Origin: Podarcis muralis | Taxonomy: Eukaryota | NCBI RefSeq assembly: GCF_964188315.1 | Contig: NC_135673.1 | Location: 18,538,001-18,602,000, forward strand | Direction of reading: 5' to 3' | DNA length: 64,000 nucleotides | In this document: piece after piece, positions 11,731 through 23,601 of the stretch | Layout of the letters: each line of letters begins with the position of its first letter | Position numbering within the stretch: position 1 is the stretch's first letter | Made by a program: the position numbers and the translations under genes | Notes under the pieces: model-generated | Database searches by the model: none | What the model saw: the letters and a program-made list of their open reading frames with translations, nothing else | What the model was told of the DNA's origin: nothing

Positions 11731-12532
11731 TGTAATATAGGAGAAACTCTTCAGCCTTTTCCCCTTGATGATCCTTCTTGCCTGGATAAAAGGACCCACT
11801 CATTGCCCTCCCCCTATTAACTACATTAAACATGTTGAGTATTGTGGGGTTTCTTTTTTATTTCTTTTTTCGTTTAGTCAGACATATTGATATAATGGAA
11901 TACGGTATTAGTCATTGTTCATTAAAGTTTACTCATAACCTGATGTGTTTTCGGTAAACTGTGTAATTACTGTTTGCTTGTTTCCATTTCTGGACTTGCA
12001 TTTTCAGCATAGTGACATGTCTGTTATCTTTATAAATATAGATGCATTTTTAAAAGGCTTTTGTGTGTGGCAGGGTTGGGGGGCAGGCTCCTTTGCTGGA
12101 CCAATGTGCTCGGGGGCCAACGCCAGGTTTCAGAGGGCCCTTGGCAAGGCACCACCCCATGGGCTGTCCCATGAATCACCTTCTTCACTGCCCTCGTGCT
12201 CCTCTTCCTCCTCCTCCCTGCTTCCACACGCTTCCTTCCCAGGCAGAGTGCCAACGGCTAAGCAGGCAGTTTGCTCCGCTGCTGCTTCACTGACCTGTAG
12301 AGCCTAAGAAGAGCCTGGCTACACCTGGGTCAGGCAAAGGGGCCCCATCATAGGCCAACCTATTTTGCTCTTGCAGTGGGCACTGGGTGCCCCAATCGGA
12401 AGCCCAAGTGCAAGAGCAACTCTCCAGTTGTGTGTGTCCCTCACCATCTGGTGTTCAAAGGTAGACTGCCCTTGGGCACTGAGGTTCTGCTACTATACTA
12501 GACATCCGTATGGAGAGCACTGCTTGGATTGG

Positions 12533-12690
12533 GCCGAAGTGGTGGTATAGTGGTTAGGGTATCAGACTAGGACCTGGGAGACTCAGGTTCAAATCCCTGC
12601 TCAGCCCTGAAGCTCACTGGGTGACTCTAGGCCAGTCCCTGTCTTTAGCCCTAACCTACCTGGCAGGGCTATTAGGAAGATAAAAGGTCA
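12533..12690 (+). mobile_element. Squam3-like SINE
   Basis: GGTATAGTGGTTAGGGTATCAGACTAGGACCTGGGAGACTCAGGTTCAAATCCC head. Confidence 0.75.
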
Positions 12691-12705
12691 TGTATGGAAG
12701 AGTCA

Positions 12706-12885
12706 CGGCGTTTCAGTGTGCTGTGCTGGTGCAGGCTCGCCAGAGCAGCTTCGTCACGCTGGCCACGTGACCTGGAAGTGTCCTCGGACAGCGCTGGCCC
12801 CCAGCCTCTTAAGCGAGATGGGCGCGCAACCCCAGAGTCGGACACGACTGGCCCGTACGGGCAGGGATACCTTTACCTTTACCTT
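12706..12885 (+). mobile_element. 5'-truncated Sauria SINE with perfect 13-bp TSD
   Basis: TSD TATGGAAGAGTCA at 12693-12705 and 12886-12898; (ACCTTT)3 tail; CpGs retained. Confidence 0.9.
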
Positions 12886-12889
12886 TATG

Positions 12890-13240
12890 GAAGAGTCAGT
12901 GTGGTGTGGTGTATGAGTGTCAGACTAGAACTTGGGAGACCCAGGTTTATCCATAAAGCTCAGTGGGTGATGTTTGTCTTTTTTTGGCAGAAACTGTCAT
13001 GTGTTTGTTGTTTCAAATTTGTATCACTTCTGTTGTTTGTCTTGGCATTATTTCATATTTGCACTATGGTATTTGTATGTGTCTGTTCATTCTTGTGAGC
13101 CTCCTTGGGGGCTTTTTTTGGTTGAAACAGTATAAACAAACGGTAATGTAACACTCTCAGCCTAGCCTACCTTGTAGGGCAGTTGTGAGGGTCAAATGGA
13201 GAGTGGGCATAGCTCCTTGTAGAAAGGGAGGGCCAGAAAT

Positions 13241-13298
<58 letters not shown>
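12890..13298 (+). mobile_element. Squam3-like SINE interrupted by a ~180-bp insert, ending in (AAT)n
   Basis: Head 12890-12970, insert about 12970-13150, body resumes at CTCTCAGCCTAGCCTACC. Confidence 0.65.
13243..13296. repeat. (AAT)18 microsatellite
   Basis: Counted directly. Confidence 0.95.
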
Positions 13299-13300
<2 letters not shown>

Positions 13301-14117
13301 TAAAAACAAATGATAAATAACTAAGTCCTCTCCACTCCTGAGGGGTCCCCTCTCCGCCTCTCCCCGGCGCTGAGGCAGGCAGGCAGGCGAACGAGCGGAG
13401 CGGAGCGGAGTAGCTTCCCACTGGGTGGCAAGGCCGGGTCGGAGCAGGCGCCAAACTTTGCATGCGCTCGAGCGCCTTTCCCTCGCCCACCTAGAGGAAG
13501 GCTGAAGCCCCCTTTGAAAGGGAGGGAGGGAGGGGAGGTTCGCCCCTCATATACTAAGCAACCCCCGAGGCTACCCCGCCCCGCGACCGGCTGGTCCCGC
13601 CCCGCGAGAGGCTGTGGCTGGGCGCTCGCTCGCTCCCTCCCACACATACTCCCCAAACTTATCAGCGAAGAGGAGGCGGCGGCTGCGGAGGAGGAGGAGG
13701 AGAAAGTTCCTGTTTCTCTGTGCGGCGCGCGAGAGAAGGGCCGTCCCGAAGGAGAGCCCGCCGCGCGCCAGGGCGAGGAGGGGGACCGGGAATCGGGCGA
13801 CGGGGGCTCCTTCTCTGCGCCCCACTGGGAAACTTCGCACCTGGCCCGGCGCGGAGAGATCCTCCGGCGGGGCGAGGGAGGCAGCGCGCTCCAAGGGGAG
13901 CTAGAGCGGAGAGAGAGTTAATAAGTGTCCCGGCGTTTCCTTTCCACGGGCTGCTGCAGCGCGGCGGCGCCCGAGAGCGGACCGAAGGGGCGGCCGCCTG
14001 TGCGGAGCCAGAGCCTCGGTGGGCAGGGCGGAGAGGACGCTGCCACCGCTGCCAACTTTGGGAGGCTGACCTTCTTCTTCTAACCCGGCGAGCCGCGCTC
14101 GGCTGGGGAGCGGCGGG

Positions 14118-14199
14118 ATGCGGCCCCTTGGGGTGCGGAGCCCCCGCGGCTGCTGCTGCCTCCTGCTGCTGCTGGCACTGCTGCCCGCCTTCGCTCAAG
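14118..14199 (+). CDS. NOTCH1: NOTCH1 exon 1, signal peptide MRPLGVRSPRGCCCLLLLLALLPAFAQ(G)
   Basis: ATG in good context (GGGATGC) inside the CpG island; hydrophobic signal peptide; donor AG|GTAGGT at 14200; phase 1. Confidence 0.92.
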
Positions 14200-14397
14200 G
14201 TAGGTGCGCTGGAGACGGCGACGCCACTTCGGCCACCTGTTGCGCTCCCCGGCCTGGACATCCTCTGGTGGGGTTCGCGGGACCTGATCCGGTGGGGGAT
14301 GTGCTTCCTGGGCCGCTTTTTTCACTTTCAGGATTTCTTGACGAGCGATGGAATGGAGGGTGGGGGCTGAACTGTCTACCTGGTATGGTCTTCCTAC

Positions 14398-14465
14398 GCT
14401 CTGCACTGCAGGGGGTTGGACTAGATGACCCTTGGTGTCCCTTCCAACTCTACGACTCTACGATT
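14398..14465 (+). mobile_element. Short CR1-tail insertion in intron 1
   Basis: TGCAGGGGGTTGGACTAGATGACCCTT...CCCTTCCAACTCT; similar pieces at 15152-15215, 18945-18997, 49795-49857 and 56290-56352(-). Confidence 0.75.
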
Positions 14466-16479
14466 GTGTTTGCAAGCGTCTCCCTTGCCCGCGGCGTGGT
14501 GGTGCTGACGTTTAGGGCGATTAAAACAAAACAACGAGCCGGGCCGTTGTGTCGGCTCAGAGCAGCTCAGATGGGAAGCCTCCCCGTGCAAGCGCAGTCT
14601 ACCCTGAGGGTTCCTTCCTGCCCTCCGCGCGAGTTTTCCAAGCTGCCTGGCAGCTGGTTCAGGCAGCGTCGGTGACCTGCAGCTCACCTTAAAAGGAAAG
14701 AGGGCAGGATTTTCTTTTCTTACTCTCTTTACATATTTATTTGATGCAAAGGGCGCTTTGGGGTTTGCAACAAAAGTGAAACAAAACCGAACGGCTAGGC
14801 TGCTTGGGGCTTTTTTGCTTTTGCGAGAATAAGCGAAGCAGCTCCGAAAAAGTTTGCAGAGATGTTGGTTTCCCCGGGCAAATGCAGCATGAACCTGGTA
14901 TTTTACCGGGAACGGCAGTCTTTCAAGAATAGGAGCGCGCGCGCGTGTGTGTGAGAGGAATCCCCTCTCCAGCTGCTTTGCAAAACTTTTCGGCTGCCCC
15001 CCTCTTTCTAGGAAGTGGGAGTGGGACTCTCCCAGCACCGTGTTTGAGCAAATGCGTAGCCGTGCAGTACACACAGTCCTGACAAAATTTGTATGGGGAG
15101 AGAGGAGGGAGAAGAGTTGTATCTAACAAACCTCTTCTCGGAGTAGACTTTGATTGCAGGGGGTTGGACTAGATGATCCTTAGGGTTCCCTCCCAGCTCT
15201 ACCGTTCTGATTCTACACTCACTGAAACATAACCATGCCAATTCATTTCAGTGAGTCTGCTCTGAGCAAGGCTGGCATTGTAGATGTCCCCAAATCATTG
15301 GATATCTGGTCCTCTGCCTCTTCCTGGGCCTCCTGGGAGCACAACTACAGTTTCCCCCCTCCCATCTTGGAGAGGGGGCTTCTTTTGCAAGCACCCAACC
15401 AACCCAAACCTGGGTTTGCTGCATTATAATGTGTGAAAAGACTTGCCTTCTGTTTGGTAGGAAGCTGTGAAAGGCCAGACTATTGTCTGCATGGTGGTTT
15501 CAGATTTAATTGGGAAATTTAGGACTCTGTCACAGGTTAGGGTGCTTTTTCTGCGGTTGAGGGGGGTGTTTCTACTTTGTGGATATGCGTAATATTTCCT
15601 GTATTCGCACCCTTGCCTCTCTTTCACCTCCCTCTTCCTTTTTATTTTTTGCTGTGTTACTTTCTGGGGGTGGATGTCACAAGCTGTTTCTTGTGCTCTT
15701 GTTCTGCAGAACTCTTGTGAATCCTTGGTGGGAAGGGGGACAGTGGAATGAAGAACCTGGACGGGGCAGGCGAGCGCTAGACTTGGAGATGGGGCCAAAA
15801 AGTTTTGCACAGAGCAGGCTGTTCTCACTTTTCTCTGAAGCGCCTCAGGGCAATCTGTTTTGGAGACAGAATTTTAACTGGAGTAGTGGAGACAAAGAAA
15901 AAAAGGCTCTGTGTGTTGGGTGAATGGAACTTCTCACCAGCTGCCTGATTCATTGAATGAAGTCGTTTCAATTTCAAATCAAAGTGTGCAGTGGGGTGCT
16001 CGCTGGACAATTTTTCTCACCTTGATTCATATGTTTCGCTGCCAGGGAACGGTTTGTGATTGTTGATGCCGTGATGCTGTGTGTGCTGAGAGTATATAAT
16101 TCAGGGCACTTGCAGAGGTGTGTTGGTTTAGCCTCTGAACAAAAAACAAAAACAAAAACTAAATTAAAGATTGAGTTTCAGGTTTCTCTGTCACACATGC
16201 TGTGGGTTTGGAGGAGAAGGCTTCCTTGCTTTTGCAAGCACCTTGAAATGGGGCTGGGGGGGTGGAGAGAGAGATCTGCTCTGGGGTTTGGTGGGTGGGA
16301 TCCTTAAACTATCTGGACACATAGATGTACACACACATCTCAAGCATAGCTCTCTCTGGATTGGAGCTGGGAGGAGACTAGGGCTCAGATCCTGATTTGG
16401 ATACCTTAGTGCAGAATTCATCAACTTTGTACTTCCAGGACTGCAGAGTACCATCATTGGGCTTAGCCCAATTATGAGA

Positions 16480-16582
16480 ATCATAGGAAGCTGTCAGGCA
16501 ATCTCGTCCTAGCCCTACCTGGAAAGTCCAGGGATTGAACCAGGAATCTTCTGCATGCAAAGCAGTTGCTCTACCACTGATT
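16480..16582 (-). mobile_element. tRNA-Ala SINE fragment
   Basis: GGGATTGAACCAGGAATCTTCTGCATGCAAAGCAG...CTCTACCACTGA. Confidence 0.7.
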
Positions 16583-17149
16583 TACAGGATGATGGGAGTT
16601 GTAGCCTAACCACACGTGAAAATCCCAAAGTTGAAGGGGGTTGACCTAGTGACTCCAAGCTCAGCCACTCAAGTCTCCCATCAGTGTCACAGGTCTTGGT
16701 CTCTCTTTCTCTTTTGGTTGCCAGAAGGAGCCTTTCTAGCAGGGACATAATTTGCTAATAATTTGAAATGGTCAAGCAATTCAGTAAATGTTTTTTGGAA
16801 TAAACTTCTGGTGATAGTTGGCATGGATTGACCCATGTTAGTGAAAGTGAAGTGATTCTCTCCCCACCCCGCACTCCAGCCCCCTGACTTTGGAGCAGCT
16901 TGTAAATAGTTTCCAAAAGTTGCCGGCCCAATATCATCCCCTACCCCCCAAAACCCTTGCATTTCTAGTCACCCAGAAAGACCTTTTTGTCCCCACAGCC
17001 TTGGTCTTTCCTGGTTTCCTCATACCCAACAGATAGTGTCATTTCAGGAAGACACCCCCTCCACCCCCACTTTGTGTCATCAATGTCTTACATTCTGATC
17101 CTAATTCAGTTCTCACAGTGTCATCGATTAATTAACTGTCTTTTTTAAA

Positions 17150-17365
17150 AATTGCATTTATATCCCACTTTTTTTTTGTCCAAGGAACTCAAGGTGATGT
17201 ACATTGTTCTCTCCCCTCCCCAATTAACCTTCATAACAACCCTGTGAGGTAGGTCAGGCTAACCTAAGGTCACCCAATGATCTTTATGGTCAAGTGGGGG
17301 ATTTGAACCCTGGTCTCTTGCAGGTCCTAGTCCAACATTCTAACCCCTATGCCATGCCCACACTG
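17150..17365 (-). mobile_element. Squam3-like SINE
   Basis: Reverse complement of 11525-11730; further copies at 17790-18000, 46740-46915 and 57545-57750. Confidence 0.72.
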
Positions 17366-19183
17366 GCTCAGTGGCAGGGCAGAGGCTTGCCATAACTCTG
17401 AGATTTGCAGAAATAATAATAATAAAAAATCATAAGGGAGAGAAGGGAACTCCTACAAAGCTTCTTGAAAAGTTTGTGAGTGTGGGTCCTGAGCCTGATT
17501 GATGGTTAAGGGGTGGGGCTGACAGCTGTTTGGGATGAATGGAATGGAAGAGGAGGAGGGAGGAAGAGACATAGATATGGAAAAGGGTAAAGCTTCATTG
17601 GCTAGGTAGCTCATTTCCTGGTTCAACCTGTGATGCTATTTTTATATCCCTCCCAGGGGTGGAAGTGATTAAACTTCCCATAGAAATCAGCAGAGAAATC
17701 AGAAGATTTTACGTAGCTGGGATTGGGAACCTATGTTTCCATCACACTCAGGCACCCAAATGGAGCATTATGATTATGCTCTTACTGACTGCCTTTATAT
17801 CCAAGGAGGAAAACCAAGGAGCTCAAGGTGGTGTACATGGTTCTCAGTCTTCTAATTTTATCCCCACAGCAGCCCTGTAGGTAGGCTTAGAGGCGCTGAC
17901 TGGCCCATTGGCCCAAAGTCAAGTGAGCATCATGGCTGAGCGGGAATTTGAACCCTGGGCTCCCAGATCCTATTCTGTGATTCTAAGCATAACACCACAC
18001 CGGAATACACAGATTGCATGGAGAGTCCTGATTGATTTGGTAATAAAATTAACTGGCCCATGAACAGAAGCACTCTACAGTCCTAGCACTTTGCTGCAGG
18101 GCCATCACAGTCTATATGCCAATCCTGATCTGATTCACGTAAGAGGGGCTTGTTTGATCAGGCCAGTGGCCAAACAGACCCCTTCCCATGTCTGGGTTGT
18201 GTGTGCATATGCAATCTTGGACCCAGTCAAACTGATAACCTCCCAGTCTCTCATAGAAGCTGGACTGTTTTAGCTTCCTTAGCAACTGAAAAAGTCAGGA
18301 CCTTTGTTCCTGCTCAACCCACCAGCTTTTGAAGCTTCACCACCAGGAGCATTGAGACAATAATAGGTTTTTCTGTGGGATTCCCAAGAATATCTTGGGT
18401 GGTGGAAGGAAGAAACTAGGAGGCAGGAGTCTCCATTACCAGAGCTGAGGGGCAAAGTTCTAACAGGGAGTTGGGGGTGCCTTCCCCATGCCGCCCCCCA
18501 GGCAGTTGTAGAGCACAGCAGAGATTAAAGCAGGCATGGGCAACCTGTGGCCCACCAAGTGAGTCTACAGTCTGGAGGGGGAGGGCACCATGTTGGTTGT
18601 CCATAGGTTAAACTGGATGCTCTTCCAGCTGAGTTCCTTGAGTGGAGTTTGGGGTTCAGTTGTGACAAGCAACTGGGAGCTGTAACAAAATGTTGCAGCG
18701 TAGGGTCCTTCTTTTTTGGATTCCAGTCAGGATACTCCACCCTGCTGTACCCCCTCCAAGAGTCAGGCTGCGCCCCACTCAGTGCTCACTGGGCTGTTGG
18801 GTTTCTTTCCCCCTAAAACTTGTTTGTGCTATGTTGGGACTATGGAATGTGCTTCCACAAGATGTACTGGTGGTCACCAGCTCGGATGGCTTTATATAAA
18901 GGCGGTGAGACAAAATTCAGGTTGGATTGCTATCTGTCATGGATGCATTGCAGGGGGTTGGACTAGATGACCCTTGGGATTGCTCCTGTGATTCTATGCA
19001 GGAAGATAAGGGTACCAGTGCCTTCATTGTTGGAGGCAGTATGCTTCTGAAAACCAGCATTCCTGGGAACCTCAGAAGAGGGCTGCTGCTGCTGCGCTGA
19101 GGTCCGCTTTGTGGACTTTCAGTAGGCACCTAGATGGGCCTCTGGCCCGGCCCGGTACCCTCTTCCCATGCCCATGACAGGCC

Positions 19184-19265
19184 CATAGCTGTCAACCTTC
19201 CCTTTTTTCAAGGGAAATTCCCTTATTCCAAATAGGATTCCTCGCAAGAAAAGTTGACAGCTATG
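19184..19265. mobile_element. Short MITE-like element
   Basis: Perfect 13-bp terminal inverted repeat CATAGCTGTCAAC / GTTGACAGCTATG; no clear TSD. Confidence 0.65.
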
Positions 19266-21004
19266 TACAGGCTACTTCTGGAGCAGGTCCTCTTTCAGTA
19301 TTCACACATTTGGTGCAAGCCATCAAGTGGTTGTGTGTGCACATGTGAACCGCCCCTTTGGAAGGGCCTTCTAAGGATCTGGGCTGCCTGAGGCCACCCT
19401 TTTCTGGTGTTCCTGTGCGCAGCGGAAGTCTGCAAGTCACCTTAGTCATCATGCCAAATAGTAATTTCACCTCTTGCTTTCCGGGAAATGGAGGAGGAAC
19501 AGCTCTCTTTTTTTGCATACCTTTTGGGGTCAGTGTCTAGTTTCGCTCTGTGTTTTCTCCCCCCAGCGGCAGTTCCAGCTACACACAGGCCCATCCTCCA
19601 CTTTCCTTCTGAGCTATCGGTAACTAGAGTGCCTGGTTGAGGTTGCTGTGTGTTTGTGTGTGTGTGTGTGTGGTATGTCTGTGTGTGCATGGGTCCTGAA
19701 GAGTGCTCTCTCCCGACTCAGTCAGGAGCATGTAGGTGTTGGGTATCAAGGGGACTGAGCCAACCCCATCAGCTTGTAGTAAATACAAGAGGTATCCTTG
19801 GCTTTTGACAATGGGCAGCTCTGATTTCACCCCCTCCCTTCCCGCTTTGTTTGGGGAAGGCCCAGAGCTCTGCTCTGCAGCTGTTGCTTTTTCCCACGAA
19901 CTCGGACCCGCCTGCTTTACAACTCTCTCTTATCCCGGTCTCTGTTGGGCTCCTTTTGCAGACACACTGTGATTAAAAAAAATATATTCATGAATATCTG
20001 AGCAGCCAGACAATTCAAAAATAGCTTTGTAAGAGAGAGTGTGTGTTTGTGTGTGTGTGTGTTCTGTGAGCAGGATGGTAGCGGGGTGTGTGTCTGTGTC
20101 TGCCCTCTGGAAAGAAAAGAGCCTGAACTTCTATAGCTGTGAATGAAAGACAGGTTTTCGGCTTCCTCCGTCCTGAGTGGTGGGCTTTCTAGAACGCAGC
20201 CGTGCCCCGCCTGCAAGGATGATCTCCCGCCTGAATGTTTTTGAAGCAGTAGCTTAAAAACTTAATTGAAATACCAATACTTTGCTAATTTGGGGAAATA
20301 GTCACTGCCCCAGCCTCTTTGGGACAGAGACCAATGTTTCAGTTTCTTGCTTATGCTCACCTCACAGTGAATGTGATGGAAGCATCATATCCATTTTTAT
20401 TTTACAGAGAGGTGCTGAGCTGAACTCACCTTGTTGAAAGCTAAGCCATAAGCCAGGGGTATTTTGTTTATTTAGTTAGTGAAAGTCCTTGTTTTCTGGT
20501 TTTAGAGCACTTGCAGCCAAAACGACTCAGAGTGGCTTTACATGCAATCAATAATAAACAACAAAAATAAAACAAAACAGTCTTTACCTCAGTAGGCCAA
20601 ACAGCTGGTTCACAATCTAGACTTCCTTCATCTTTTGTCTCAAAAGCAGCCTTAACTTAAGGTATAAGTGGCAGCCTATAAAAAGCAGAGCAGTAATAGG
20701 GTTTTGCTTGGTTCTGGTTTGCTTGTCTGAGGTTCTCCTGGCTAAGTGTAGCCTTGAACCCAGGATCCCAAGATTCAGCCATGCAGGTAAGTCTGCAGTA
20801 GCAGCCCTGCCCATAGCACATGTCTCATGTGACCCATCAGGGACCTAAAGAGAAGAAATCAACAATTCTTTTCTGATGAGCAAGTACTTCCGTGCCTTCC
20901 AGGCAATCCAATGAATGAGCATTTAAATTCCACTACTGTTGCCATTGTTATACAACGGCAGAAGTTAAGCAGGCAGCTCTTTGCTTCAGTAAGCTACCAC
21001 ACAG

Positions 21005-21385
21005 GTGGGGAATCTCAGGCCTAAGGACCAGGTGTGGCCCTCAGGACTCTCTCTTCTGGACCACCCACATTCACCAGGCTGCATTAAATAGCCCTGCTAA
21101 ATATTCCTGCACTGCCCTCTCCTTAAGTGCTCTTCCCTGGCTAGCTCTGGTGTCCTTAAACTAACATGATGGTGCTGCTTGCTTGTGTGGATGGAGAGAG
21201 GTGCGTGTACAAACTTCTGACTTTTGCATGGCTACAACAGAGTGTACTGTTCAGATGTAACAGCTGCATCTGTCTATTCTTCCCACTTTTTTCCCTGGCC
21301 ATGCCCTCCTCTGATATGTGGCCCCCCAGAAGGTTGGCAATGAAAAATTGTGGCCCTTGGGAGCTGAAATAAAACTCCCTGTCCT
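21005..21385. mobile_element. hAT-type non-autonomous element (degraded)
   Basis: GGGGAATCTCAGGCC...GTGGCCCTCAGG and repeated GTGGCCC subterminal motifs; homologous to 23752-24092. Confidence 0.55.
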
Positions 21386-22585
21386 CGGCTTATTAAATGA
21401 TGCTGGCTGGCTTCTCTTGCACCTTAGTCACTAATTCAGCCTTGTCTCGTTTGCTGCCTTAGAACCCCATTGGAGAAGAGCTTTCTTGCTCTTTTCCTTT
21501 TCGCAAAGAGTGTTTGGCTTAAGACTGAACAGTAGCAGTTGGAGCACAGGTACCCTGTGGCCAAGTCCTGACATTTCAGGGTCTGATGCTGAGCTTGATC
21601 TTCTGAGTAACCACCTCTGACATCATTATGGGGCTCCAGCAGGGTGGCGTGAACCTTTTTCTATTAAAACAAAGCCCACGCTTATGTGCTTTGAAACCAT
21701 TGCTGGTCAGACATGAACTTCCTATTTGCAGGGAAGTAGGGCAGATTTTGGGACTGACAGCTCCACACCCACCCTCTTGCCCATTTAAAAAATGTGGCTC
21801 ATCCAACAGCCAAGAACACAATAATATGGTTGTTCTTTGGATTTGGTTTGAGAGTCAGACTTGCAGCATTTGCTTTTCCACAAAACTGGCCCTGAGGTCT
21901 CTCTGTTGGCTAACCAGAATTATGCTCAGCCAGGATGCGCCTTGTTGCAATGCGTTACTGCTGGCAAACCACAACATGTTCCAGTTTGTGGATCTTATCT
22001 GTAGGGCTGTGCACGTTTTCCCTGAATTGAGTTAAGCATAGAATTTGGCATCCTGATTTTTCTTCCTTTTCAAAACATTAAAACAAAAAACCCACCCTAG
22101 TCCTTATGGTTGTGGAGGGAAGTCTGGAACTCCGCAGGGAGAATCAAGAAGGAGATCTGATGTGGCTCGAAATTGCGGAGTTAGAGCTGGAACTTGCCGT
22201 TCTGCACAGATTCCTGTCCCTGCCAAGCTGCCTCCTCTTTCCACTATCTTTGCTCGCCCCTCCATCCTCTTTTAGCTTCTTGGGGAACCGGGACTCTGGT
22301 TCCAAGCTAAATTATGCACAGATAGGAAGCATGAGCTTCATTGCATCATTTGTTTTAACTGCATCTTTTATTTTAACTGCACTTTAACACTGACTTGCAA
22401 TTAACACATTCAAACCTGGATCTCTAGCCTGCTCCAAGGTGGCAGAGGTGTCTTTGGCTGTGTTTGGGACCACGTGCAAGCGAGAATGTCTTTCCACACT
22501 TTCATTCCACATGTGGCTTAGCCCTGGTGGTGCTGAACTTGAAGCACAGGAAGTGTTCAGAAAGAGACCTTTAGTGGAAAGAGGC

Positions 22586-22650
22586 TTCTCTTCTCTTCTC
22601 TTCTCTTCTCTTCTCTTCTCTTCTCTTCTCTTCTCTTCTCTTCTCTTCTC
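22586..22650. repeat. (TTCTC)13 pentanucleotide repeat
   Basis: Counted directly; pure pyrimidine tract. Confidence 0.95.
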
Positions 22651-23387
22651 TTTTGCCTGACTGATGTAGAGTTGCTACTTGTTGCATGTCTGCAGTGGAG
22701 GAAAGTGAATCCTGTAGAACTAGAAAAACTGAAGGGCTGTAAAAAAAAAATCCCTTTCTTTACAAAGAAAAATGCCCCTCTTTGCAAATCTTTGGGTTGT
22801 TTTCAGTTCCTAAACTGGATTGCAAACAATTGCTGCTATATCTGAACTTGTTTCCTTTTTGCTTATTCTGTGTTTACTACTCTCCAAAGGCTTGGAAATA
22901 ATGTTTTCCTTTTCTTTTTTTTAAACACATTTATTTGATATTAAAACAAATGACAACAATACGTTCCTCACAAAATCAGGAGTTAGACTACAGCTTTGTC
23001 CACTGCCATAATACCACAGAATAATCACTCCTTGCAAATAATAAACTAGGGTGGAGATAAGCGGCAGGCGGCTTGCGGTGACCTACTCCATAAACAATAC
23101 ATTGTACTCACTTAGCATTCTAGCTTGGTTCAAAAAAACCCTGAATGCTGCCACAGTCAAAGAAATATAATCATCAGACCTCTTTCCTCTCAGCATTAAC
23201 AACCCCACAAGGTAAATGAATCCTGTCCCCATTTCACAGATGGGGATCTGAGGTTGAGGCAAGGCCCAGACTCAGGCTGTTGGCTGACTTAAGAATGAAG
23301 GTGGTCTGAAGTTTCCCAGGTTTCAAGATTCAAGTCCTATGATCTAAGCCCTGTCCTACATTGTCTTTTCAACCAAATTCCCAAATA

Positions 23388-23601
23388 CAGTGGTACCTCA
23401 GGTTAAGAACTTAATTCGTTCCAGAGGTCCGTTCTTAACCTAAAACTGTTCTTAACCTGAGGTACCACTTTAGCTTTGGGGCCTCCCACTGCTGCCGTGC
23501 AATTTCTGTTCTTACCCTGAAGCAAAGTTCTTAACCCGAGGTGCTATTTCTGGGTTAGTGGAGTCTGTAACCTGAAGCGTCTGTAACCTGGGGTACCACT
23601 G
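23388..23601. mobile_element. Tc1/mariner-type MITE abutting the exon 2 acceptor
   Basis: 18-bp TIRs (17/18 match) CAGTGGTACCTCAGGTTA / TAACCTGGGGTACCACTG; TA TSD at 23386-87 and 23602-03. Confidence 0.92.

Larger units (their letters stand above)
13340..15060 (+). promoter_or_regulatory. NOTCH1 promoter CpG island / 5' UTR / start of intron 1
   Basis: Abrupt switch to very high GC and CpG density; GC boxes; GAG/GCG repeats at 13669-13703; no + strand ATG between 13465 and 14117. The TSS cannot be placed from sequence alone. Confidence 0.85.

Noticed and set aside
13321-15074. Long overlapping ORFs (135-217 aa) on both strands around the promoter
   Set aside because: Expected in very GC-rich DNA with few stop codons. 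They are Arg/Gly/Ala/Pro-rich with no domain; only 14118-14199 fits the NOTCH1 splice pattern.
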